Positions 43,561 through 56,200 of a stretch of DNA of 64,000 nt are shown piece by piece. Position 1 is the stretch's first letter, and each line of letters begins with the position of its first letter. Location of the stretch: assembly GCF_009914755.1 (NCBI RefSeq), contig NC_060933.1; one strand, given 5' to 3'. Source of the DNA: the human T2T-CHM13v2.0 reference genome, Homo sapiens. The notes below the pieces were generated by a model, which saw only the letters and a program-made list of their open reading frames with translations, made no database searches and was not told where the DNA came from. The translations under genes were made by a program, and so were the position numbers.

Positions 43561-46500
43561 GGAATGGAATGGAATGGAATCAACTCGATTGTAATGGAAT
43601 GGAATGGAATGGAATGGAATGGAATGGAATGGAATGGAATGGAATTGAATGGAATCAACTCGATTGTAATGGAATGGAATGGAATGGAATGGAATGGAAT
43701 GGAATGGAATGGAATTAACCCGAATACAATGGAATGGAATGGAATGGAACGGAATGGAGTGGAATGGAATGGAATCAACCCGAGTGCAGGGGAATGGAAT
43801 GGAATGGAATGCAATGGAATGGAATCATCCGGAATGGAATGGAATGGAATGGAATGTAAAGCAATGGAATCAACTCAATTGCAATGGAATGGAATGGAAT
43901 GGAAAGGAATAGAATGGAATCAACCCGAGTGTAATGGAATGGAAAGGACTGGAATGGAGTGGAATGGAATGGAATGGAATGGAATGGAATCAACTCGATT
44001 GGAATGGAATGGAATGGAATGGAATTAACCCGAATAGAATGGAATCGAATGGAATGGAACGGAATGGAATGGAATGGAATGGAATGGAATGGAATGGAAT
44101 GGAATGGAATCAACCCGACTGCAATGGAATGGAATGGAATGGAATGGAATCGAATGGAATGGAATGGAATTAACCGGAATGGAATGGAATGGAATGGAAT
44201 GGAACGGAATGGAACGGAATCGAATGGAATGGAATGGAATGGAATGGAATGGAATCAACCCGAGTGCAGGGGAATGGAATGGAATGGAATGCAATGGAAT
44301 GGAATCATCCGGAATGGAATGGAATGCAATGGAATGCAATCAACCTGATGCAATGGAATGGAGTGGAATGGAATGGAATGGAATGGAAACATCCGAATGG
44401 AATGGAATGTAATGGAGTGTAAGGGAATTCAATAGAAACAATCCGAATGTAACGGAATGGAATGCAATGAAATGGAATGGAATGGAATGGAATGGAATCA
44501 ACCCGAATGCAATGGAATGGATTCGATTGGAATGGAATGGAATGCAATGGATTCAACAAGAATGGAATGGAAAGGAATGGAATCAACCCGAGTGGAATGG
44601 CATGGAATGGAACGGAATGGAATGGGATGGAATGGAATGGTACGGAATAGAATGGAATGGAATGGAATGGAATGGAATGGAATGGAATGGAATGGAATGG
44701 AATGAACCCGTGTGCAATGGAATGGAATGGAATGGAATGGAATGGATTCAACTCGAATGGAATCCACTCGATTGCAATGGAATGGAATGGAATGGAATTG
44801 AAAGGAATAGAATGGAATCAACCAGAGTGGAATGGAATGGAAAGGACTGGAATGGTGTGGAATGGAATGGAATGGAATTAACCCGAATAGAATGAAATGG
44901 AACGGAATGGAATGTAATGTAATGTAATGGAATGGAATAGAATCAACCCTAGTGCAGGGGAATGGAATGGAATGGAATGCAATGGAATGGAATCATCCCG
45001 AATGGAATGGAATGGAATGGAATGGTATTGAATGGAATGGAATCAACTCGATTTCAATGGAATGGAATAGAATAGAATGGAACGGAATTAACACGAATAG
45101 AATGGAATGGAATGGAATGGAATGGAATGGAACAGAAAGGAATGGAATGGAATGGAATGGAATCAACCCAAGTGCAGGGGAATGGAATGGAATGGAATTC
45201 CATGGAATGGAATCATCCGGAATGGAATGGAATGGAATGGAATGGAATGGAATGGAATGGAATCAAGCCGAGTGCAATGGAATGGAGAGGAATGGAATGG
45301 AATGGAATGGAAACTACACGAATGGAATGGAATGTAATGGAGTGTAAGGGAATTGAATAGAATGCATCCGAATGGAATGGAATGGAATGGAATGGAAAGG
45401 AATGGAATGGAATGGAATGGAATGGAATGCAATGCCATGGAATCAACCCGAGTGCAATCGAATGGAATCGAATGGAATGGAATGCAATGGAATGGATTCA
45501 ACTTGAATGGAATGGAAAGAATGGAATCAACACGAGTGGAATGGCATGGATTGGAATGGAATGGAATAGAATCAACCCGAGTACAGGGGAATGGAATGGA
45601 ATGGAATGAAATGGAATGGAATCACCCGTAATGTAATGGAAAGGAATGGAATGGAATGGAATGGAATGGAATGGAATGGAATCAGCTCGATTGCAATTGA
45701 ATGGAATGGAATGGAATTAACCCGAATAGAATGGAATGGAATGGAATGGAATGGAACGGAACGGAATGGAATGGAATGGAATGGAATGGAACGGATCGGA
45801 ATGGAATGGAATGGAATGGAATGGAATCAACGCGAGTGCAGGGGAATGGAATGGAATGGAATGCAATGGAATGGAAACTTCCGGAATGGAATGGAATGTA
45901 ATGGAATTGAATGGAGTGGAATTGAATAAACCCGAGTGCAATGGAATGGAGTGGAATGGAATGGAATGGAATGGAACAACCCGAATGGAATGGAATGTAA
46001 TGGAGAGTAAGGGAGTTGAATAGAATCAATCCGAATATAATGGAATGGAATGGAACGGAATGGAATTGAATGGAATGGAATGGAATGCAATGGAATGGAA
46101 TCAACCTGAGTGCAATGGAATGGAGAGGAATGGAATGGAATGGAATGGAAACTACCCGAATGGAATGGAATGTAATGGAGTGTAAGGGAATTGAATAGAA
46201 TCAATCCGAATGTAATGGAATGGAGTGGAACGGAATGGAATGGAATGGAATGGAATGGAATGGAATGGAATGGAATGGAATGCAATGGAATGGAATTAAC
46301 CCAAATGCAATCGAATGGAATGGAATGCAATGGAATGGATTCAACTTGAATGGAATGGAATGAATGGACTCAACACGAGTGGAAGGGCATGGATTGTAAT
46401 GCAATGGAATGGAATCAACCCGAGTACAGGGGAATGGAATGGAATGGAATGCAATGAAATGGAATCATCCGTAATGGAATGGAAAGGAATGGAATGAAAT

Positions 46501-46793
46501 GGAATGGAATGGAATGGAATGGAATGGAATGGAATCAACACGATTGCAATCGAATGGAATGGAATGGAATTAACCCGAATAGAATGGAATGGAATGGAAT
46601 GGAACGGAACGGAATGGAATGGAATGGAATGGAATGGAATGGAACGGAACGGAATGGAATGGAATGGAATGGAATGGTATGGAATGGAATGGAATGGTAC
46701 GGAATAGAATGGAATGGAACGAATTGTAATGGAATGGAATTGAATGGAATGGAATGGAATGCAATGGAATCAACGCGAGTGCAGGGGAATGTA

Positions 46794-49700
46794 ATGGAAT
46801 GGAATGCAATGGAATGGAATCATCCGGAATGGAATGGAATGGAATGGAATGGAATGGAATCAACCCGAGTGCAATGGAATGGAGTGGAATGGAATGGAAT
46901 GGAATGGAACAACCCGAATGGAATGGAATGTAATGGAGAGTAAGGGAGTTGAATAGAATCAATCCGAATGTAATGGAATGGAATGCAACGGAATGGAATG
47001 GAATGGATTGGAATGGAATGCAAAGGAATGGAGTCAACCCGAGTGGAATGGCATGGAATGGAATGCAATGGATTGGAATGGAATGGAATCAACTCGAGTG
47101 GAAAGGAATGGAATGGAATGGAAAGGAATGGAATGAAGTCAACTTGAGTGGAATGGAATGGAATGGAATGGATTGGAATGGATTGCAATGGAATGAAATG
47201 GAATGGAATGGAATGGAATCAATCATTCCGAGTGGAATGGAAGGGAATGTAATGGAGTGGAAAGAAGGGAATGGAATCAACCCGAGTGGAATGCAAGGCA
47301 ATGAAATGGAATGGAAAGGAATGGAATGGAATCAACTCGATTCCAATGGAATGGATTGGAATGGAATGGAATGGAATGGAATTAACCGGAATAGAATGGA
47401 ATGGAATGGAATGCAACGGAATGGAAAGAACACGAGTGCAGGGGAATGGAATGGAATGGAATGCAATGGAATGGAATCATCCGGAATGGAATGGAATGGA
47501 ATGTAATAAACTCCATTGCAATGGAATGGAATGGAATGGAATGGAATAGAATGGAATGGAATTAACCCGAATAGAATGGAATGCAATAGAATGGAATGCA
47601 ACGGAACCGAATGGAGTGGAATGGAATGGAATGGAATCAACCCGAGTACAGGGGAATGGAATGGAATGGAATGCAATGGAATGGAGTCATCCGTAATGGA
47701 ATGGAAAGGTATGGAATGGAATGGAATGGAATGGAATGGAATGGAACGGAATCAACTCGATGGCAATCGAATGGAATGGAATGGAATTAACCCGAATAGA
47801 ATGGAATGGAATGGAATGGAACGGAACGGAATGGAATGGAATGGAATGGAATGGAATGGAACGGAACGGAATGGAATGGAATGGAATGGAATGGAATCAA
47901 CGCGAGTGCAGGGGAATGGAATGGATTGGAATGTAATGGAATGGAATCATCCGGAATGGAATGGAATGGAATGGAATGGAATGAAAGGCAATGGATTCAA
48001 CTCGATTGCAATGGAATGGAATAGAATGGAATGGAATGGAATGGAATGGAATTGAATGGAATGGAATGCCTTCAAACCGAATGGAATGGAAAGGAATGGA
48101 ATCATCACGAGTGGAAAGGAATGGAATGGAAAGGAATGAAATGGAATGGAATGGTACGGAATAGAATGGAATGGAACGAACTGGAATGGAATGGAATGGA
48201 ATGGAATGGAATGGAATGGAATGGAATGGAATGGAATCGTTCCGAGTGGAATAGGAGGGAATGTATTCGAGAGGAATGGAAAGGAATGGAATCTACCAGA
48301 GTGGAATGGAAGGGAATGGAATGGAATGGAAACTAATAGAATGGAATCAAGCCGAGTGGAATGGAATGGAAAGGACTGGAATGGAATGGAATGGAATGGA
48401 ATGGAATGGAATGGAATCAACTCGATTGTAATGGAATGGAATGGAATGGAATGCAATGGAATGGAATGGAATGGAATTAACCCGAATAAAATGGAATGGA
48501 ATGGAATGGAACGGAATGGAGTGGAATGGAATGGAATCAACCCGAGTGCAGGGGAATGGAATGGAATGGAATGCAATGGAATGGAATCATCCGGAATGGA
48601 ATGGAATGGAATGGAATGCAAAGCAATGGAATCAACTCGATTGCAATGGAATGGAATAGAGTGGAAAGGAATAGAATGGAATCAACCCGAGTGTAATGGA
48701 ATGGAAAGGACTGGAATGGAGTGGAATGGAATGGAATGGAATGGAATGGAATCAACTCGATTGGAATGCAATGGAATAGAATGGAATGGAATGGAATGGA
48801 ATGGAATTAACCCGAATAGAATGGAATGGAATGGAATTGAACGGAACGGAATGGAATGGAATGGAATGGAATGGAATGGAGTCAACCCGACTGCAGGGGA
48901 ATGGAATGGAATGGAATGGAATGAAATGGAATGGAATGGAATGGAATCATCCGGAACGGAATGGAATTGAATGGAATGGAATCAACTCGATTGCAATGGA
49001 ATGGAATGGAATGGAATGGAATGGAATGGAATGGAATTCACCCGAATAGAATGGAATGGAATGGAATGGAAAGGAATGGAAGGGAAGGAAATGGAATGTA
49101 ATCAACCCGAGTGAAGGGGAATGGAATGGAATGGAATGCGATGGAATGGAATCATCCGGAATGGAATGGAAAGGAATGGAATGGAATGGAATGGTATCAA
49201 CCCGAGTGCAGGGGAATGTAATGGAACGGAATGCAATGGAATGGAATCATCCGGAATGGAATGGAATGGAATGGAATGGAATGGAATCAACCCGAGTGCA
49301 ATGGAATGGAGTGGAATGGAATGGAATGGAATGGAACAACCCGAATGGAATGGAATGTAATGGAGAGTAAGGGAGTTGAATAGAATCAATCCGAATGTAA
49401 TGGAATGGAATGCAACGGAATGGAATGGAATGGAATGCAATGGAATGGAATGGAATGGAATGCAAAGGAATGGAATCAACCAGAGTGGAATGGCATGGAA
49501 TGGAATGCAATGGATTGGAATGGAATGGAATGGAATCAACTCGAGTGGAAAGGAATGGAATGGAATGGAATGGAAAGGAATGGAATGAAGTCAACTCGAG
49601 TGGAATGGAATGGAATGGAATGGATTGGAATGGATTGCAATGGAATGAAATGGAATGGAATGGAATGGAATCAATCATTCCGAGTGGAATGGAAGGGAAT

Positions 49701-52620
49701 GTAATGGAGTGGAAAGAAGGGAATGGAATCAACCCGAGTGGAATGCAAGGCAATGGAATGGAATGGAAAGGAATGGAATGGAATCAACTCGATTGCAATG
49801 GAATGGAATGGAATGGAATGGAATGGAATTAATCGGAATAGAATGGAATGGAATGGAATGGAATGGAATGGAAGGGAATGGAATCAACACGAGTGCAGGG
49901 GAATGGAATGGAATGGAATGCAATGGAATGGAATAATCCGGAATGGAATGGAATGGAATGGAATCAACTCCATTGCAATGGAATGGAATGGAATGGAATG
50001 GAATAGAATGGAATGGAATTAACCCGAATAGAATGGAATGCAATAGAATGGAATGCAACGGAACCGAATGGAGTGGAATGGAATGGAATGGAATCAACCC
50101 GAGTACAGGGGAATGGAATGGAATGGAATGCAATGGAATGGAGTCATCCGTAATGGAATGGAAAGGAATGGAATGGAATGGAATGGAATGGAATGGAATG
50201 GAATCAACTCGATGGCAATCGAATGGAATGGAATGGAATTAACCCGAATAGAATGGAATGGAATGGAATGGAACGGAACGGAATGGAATGGAATGGAATG
50301 GAATGGAATGGAAAGGAACGGAACGGAATGGAATGGAATGGAATGGAATGGAATCAACGCGAGTGCAGGGGAATGGAATGGAATGGAATGTAATGGAATG
50401 GAATCTTCCGGAATGGAATGGAATGGAATGGAACGGAATGAAAGGCAATGGATTAAACTCGATTGCAATGGATTGGAAGAGAATGGAATGGAATAGAATG
50501 GAATGGAATGGAATGGAATGGAATGCCTTCAAACCGAAAGGAATGGAAAGGAATGGAATCAACACGAGTGGAAAGGAATGGAATGGAAAGGAATGGAATG
50601 GAATGGAATGGTACAGAATAGAATGGAATGGAACGAACTGGAATGGAATGGAATGGAATGGAATGGAATGGAATGGAATGGAATGGAATGCCTTCAAACC
50701 GAATGGAATGGAAAGGAATGGAATCAACACGAGTGGAATGGAATGGAATAGAATGGAATGGAATGGAATGGAATGGAATGGAATGATACGGAATAGAATG
50801 GAATGGAACGAAATGGAATGGAATGGAATGGAATAGAATGGAATGGAATGGAATGGAATGGAATGGAATCGTTCCGAGTGGAATAGGAGGGAATGTATTC
50901 GAGTGGAATGGAAAGGAATGGAATCAACCAGAGTGGAATGGAAGGGAATGGAATGGAATGGAAACTAATAGAATGGAATCAACCTGAGTGGAATGGAATG
51001 GAAAGGACTGGAATGGAATGGAATGGAATGGAATGGAATGGAATGGAATGAACTCGATTGGAATGGAATGGAATGGAATGGAATGGAATGGAATGGAATC
51101 AACTCGATTGCAATGCAATGGAATGGAATGGAATGGAATTAACCGGAATAGAATGGAATGGAATGGAATGGAACGGAATGGAATGGAATGGAAGGGAATG
51201 GAATCAACACGAGTGCAGGGGAATGGAATGGAATGCAATGCAATGGAATGGAATCATCCGGAATGGAATGGAATGGAATGGAATCAACCCCATTGCAATG
51301 GAATGGAATGGAATGGAATGGAATAGAATGGAATGGAATTATCCCGAATAGAATGGAATGCAATAGAATGGAATGCAACGGAACCGAATGGAGTGGAATG
51401 GAATGGAATGGAATCAACCCGAGTACAGGGGAATGGAATGGAATGGAATGCAATGGAATGGAGTCATCCGAAATGGAATGGAAAGGAATGGAATGGAATG
51501 GAATGGAATCAACTCGATGGCAATCGAATGGAATGGAATGGAATTAACCCGAATAGAATGGAATGGAATGGAATGGAACGGAACGGAATGGAATGGAATG
51601 GAATGGAATGGAATGCAACGGAACGGAATGGAATGGAAGGGAATGGAATGGAATCAACGCGAGTGCAGGGGAATGGAATGGAATGGAATGCAATCGAATG
51701 GAATCTTCCGGAATGGAATGCAATGGAATGGAATGGAATGAAAGGCAATGGATTCAACTCGATTGCAATGGAATGGAATAGAATGGAATGGAATGGAATG
51801 GAATTGAATGGAATGGAATTGAATGGAATGGAATACCTTCAAACCGAATGGAATGGAAAGGAATGGAATCAACAGGAGTGGAAAGGAATGGAATGGAAAG
51901 GAATGGAATGGAATGGAATGGTACGGAATAGAATGGAATGGAACGAACTGGATTGGAATGGAATGGAATGGAATGGAATGGAATGGAATGGAATCGTTCC
52001 GATTGGAATAGGATGGATTGTTTTCGAGTGGAATGGAAAGGAATGGAATCAACCAGAGTGGAATGGAAGGGAATGGAATGGAATGGAAACTAATAGAATG
52101 GAATCAACCCGAGTCGAATGGAATGGAAAGGACTGGAATGGAATGGAATGGAATGGAATGGAATGGAATCAACTCGATTGTAATGGAATGGAATGGAATG
52201 GAATGGAATGGAATGGAATGGAATGGAATGGAATGGAATTAACCCGAATACAATGGAATGGAATGGAATGGAACGGAATGGAGTGGAATGGAATGGAATC
52301 AACCCGAGTGCAGGGGAATGGAATGGAATGGAATGCAATGGAATGGAATCATCCGGAATGGAATGGAATGGAATGGAATGCAAAGCAATGGAATCAACTC
52401 GATTGCAATGGAATGGAATGGAATGGAAAGGAATAGAATGGAATCAACCCGAGTGTAATGGAATGGAAAGGACTGGAATGGAGTGGAAGGGAATGGAATG
52501 GAATGGAATGGAATCAACTCGATTGCAATGGAATGGAATGGAATGGAATGGAATAGAATGGAATGGAGTGGAATTAACCGGAATAGAATGGAATGGAATG
52601 GAATGGAACGGAATGAAATG
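46794..52620 (+). repeat. Dispersed near-identical copy of 1-8300 lacking ~2.44 kb (junction ~50640-50690)
   Basis: Offset is 46793-46753 up to CGAACT (50634 vs 3881), then 44311-44306 from GCCTTCAAACCG (50690 vs 6379). ORF pairs 6413/50724 and 7348/51654. Confidence 0.9.
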
Positions 52621-53208
52621 GAATGGAATGGAATGGAATGGAATGGAATCAACCCGAGTGCAGGGGAGTGGAATGGAATGGAATGCAATGGAATGGAATC
52701 ATCCGGAATGGAATGGAATGGAATGGAATGCAATCAACCTGATGCAATGGAATGGAGTGGAATGGAATGGAATGGAATGGAAACATCCCGAATGGAATGG
52801 AATGTAATGGAGTCTAAGGGAATTGAATAGAATCAATCCGAATGGAATGGAATGGAATGGAATGAAATGGAATGGAATGGAATGGAATGGAATCAACCCG
52901 AGTGCAATGGAATGGATTCGAATGGAATGGAATGGAATGGAATGGATTCAACAAGAATGGAATGGAAAGGAATGGAATCAACCCGAGTGTAATGGCATGG
53001 AATGGAACGGAATGGAATGGGATGGAATAGAATGGTACGGAATAGAATGGAATGCAATGAAATGGAATAGAATGGAATGGAATGGAATGGAATGGAATGA
53101 ACCCGTGTGCAATGGAATGGAATGGAATGGAATGGAATGGATTCAACTCGAATGGAATCAACTCGATTGCAATGGAATGGAATGGAATTGAAAGGAATAG
53201 AATGGAAT

Positions 53209-56200
53209 CAACCCGCGTGGAATGGAATGGAAAGGACTGGAATGGAATGGAATGGAATGGAATCAACTCGATTGTAATGGAATGGAATGGAATGGAATGG
53301 AATGGAATGGAATGGAATGGAATTAACCCGAATACACTGGAATGGAATGGAATGGAACGGAATGGAGTGGAATGGAATGGAATCAACCCGAGTGCAGGGG
53401 AATGGAATGGAATGGAATGCAATGGAATGGAATCATCCGGAATGGAATGGAATGGAATGGAATGCAAAGCAATGGAATCAACTCGATTGCAATGGAATGG
53501 AATGGAATGGAAAGGAATACATTGGAATCAACCCGAGTGGAATGGAATGGAAAGGACTGGAATGGAGTGGAATGGAATGGAATGGAATGGAATGGAATCA
53601 ACTCGATTGGAATGGAATGGAATGGAATGGAATGGAATTAACCCGAATAGAATGGAATGGAATGGAATGGAACGGAACGGAATGGAATGGAATGGAATGG
53701 AATAGAATGGAATGGAATGGAATCAACCTGACTGCAGGGGAATGGAATGGAATGGAAGGCAATGGAATGGATTCAACTTGAATGGAATGGAAAGAATGGA
53801 ATCAACACGAGTGGAATGGCATGGATTGGAATGGAATGGAATGGAATCAACCCGAGTACAGGGGAATGGAATGGAATGGAATGCAATGGAATGGAATCAT
53901 CCGTAATGGAATGGAAAGGAATGGAATGGAATGGAATGGAATGGAATGGAATGGAATCAACTCGATTGCAATCGAATGGAATGGAATGGAATTAACCCGA
54001 ATAGAATGGAATGGAATGGAATGGAACGGAACGGAACGGAACGGAACGGAACAGAGTGGAATGGAATGGAATGGAATTGTATGGAATGGAATGGCATGGT
54101 ACGGAATAGAATGGAATGGAAAGAATTGGAATGGAATGGAATCGAATGGAATGGAATGGAATGTAATGGAATCAACCCGAGTGCAGGGGAATGTAATGGA
54201 ACGGAATGCAATGGAATGGAATCATCCGGAATGGAATGGAATGGAATGGAATGGAGTGGAATGGAATGGAATGCAATCAACCCGAGTGCCATGGAATGGA
54301 GTGGAATGGAATGGAATCGAATGGAACAACCCGAATTGAATGGAATGTAATGGCGAGTAAGGGAGTTGAATAGAATCAATACGAATGGAATGGAATGGAA
54401 TGGAATGGAATGGAATGGAATGGAATGGAATGGAATGGAATGCAATGGAATGGAATCAACCCGAGTACAATGGAACGGAATGGAATGGAATGTAATGTAA
54501 TGGAATGGAATGGAATGGAATGGAATGGAATCAACCCGAGTGCATTGGAATGGAGAGGAATGGAATGGAATGGAATGGAAACTACCCGAATGGAATGGAA
54601 TGTAATGGAGTGTAAGGGAATTGAATAGAATCAATCCGAATGGAATGGAATGGAATGGAACGGAATGTAATGGAATGGAATGGAATGGAATCAACCCGAG
54701 TGCAGGGGAATGGAATGGAATGGAATGTAATGGAATGGAATCATCCGGAATGGAATGGAATGGAATGCAATGGAATGCAATGGAATGGAATCAACCCGAG
54801 TGCAATGGAATGGAGTGAAATGGAATGGAGTGGAATGGAAACAACCAGAATGGATTGGAATAAAATGGAGTGTAAGGGAACTGAAAAGAATCAATCTGAA
54901 TGTAATGAAATTTAATGGAACGGAATGGAATGGAATGGAATGGAATGGAATGCAATGGAATGGAATCAACCCGAGTGCAATCGAATGGAATCGAATGGAA
55001 TGGAATGCAATGGAATGGATTCAACTTGAATGGAAAGGAAAGCATGGAATCAACACGAGTGGAATGGCATGGATTGTAATGGAATGGAATGGAATCAACC
55101 CGAGTACAGGGGAATGGAATGGAATGGAATGCAATAGAATGGAATCATCAGTAACGGAATGGAAAGGAATGGAAAGGACTGGAATGGAATGGAATGGAAT
55201 GGAATGGAATGGAATCAACTGGATTGCAATCGAATGGAATGGAATGGAATGGAATCAACTCGATTGCAATCGAATGGAATGGAATGGAATTAACCCGAAT
55301 AGAATGGAATGGAATGGAATGGAACGGAACGGAATGGAATGGAATGGAATGGAATGGAACGGAAAGGAATGGAATGGAATGGAATGGAATGGAATGGAAT
55401 GGAATGGAATGGAATCAAAGCGAGTGCAGGGGAATGGAATGGAATCGAATGGAATGGAAAGGAATGGAATGGAATCAACCCGAGTGCAGGGGAATGTAAA
55501 GGAACGGAATGCAATGGAATGGAATCATCCGGAATGGAATGGAATGGAATCAACCCGAGTGCAATGGAATGGAGTGGAATGGAATGGAATGGAATGGAAC
55601 AACCCGAATGGAATGGAATGTAATGGAGAGTAAGGGAGTTGAAAAGAATCAATCCGAATGTAATGGAATGGAATGGAACGGAATGGAATGGAATGGAATG
55701 GAATGCAATGGAATGGAATCAACCCGAGTACAATGGAATGGAATGGAATGGAATGGAATGGAATGGAATGGAATGGAATGGAATGGAATGGAATGCAATG
55801 GAATGGAATCTTCCGGAATGGAATGGAATGGAATGGAATGGAATGCAATGGATTCAACTCGATTGCAATGGAATGGAATAGAATGGAATGGAATGGAATG
55901 GAATGGAATGGAGTTAAACCGAATAGAATGGAATGGAATGGAATGGAAAGGAACAGAACGGAACGGAACAGAACGGAGTGGAATGGAATGGAATGGAATA
56001 GTATGGAATGGAATGCAATGCTACGGAATAGAATGGAATGGAAAGAATTGGAATGGAATAGAATGGAATGGAATGGAATGGAATGGAATGGAATCAACCG
56101 GAGTGCAGGGGAATGTAATGGAACGGAATGCAATGGAATGGAATAATCCGGAATGGAATGGAATGGAATGGAATGGAATGGAATGGAATGGAATGGAATC

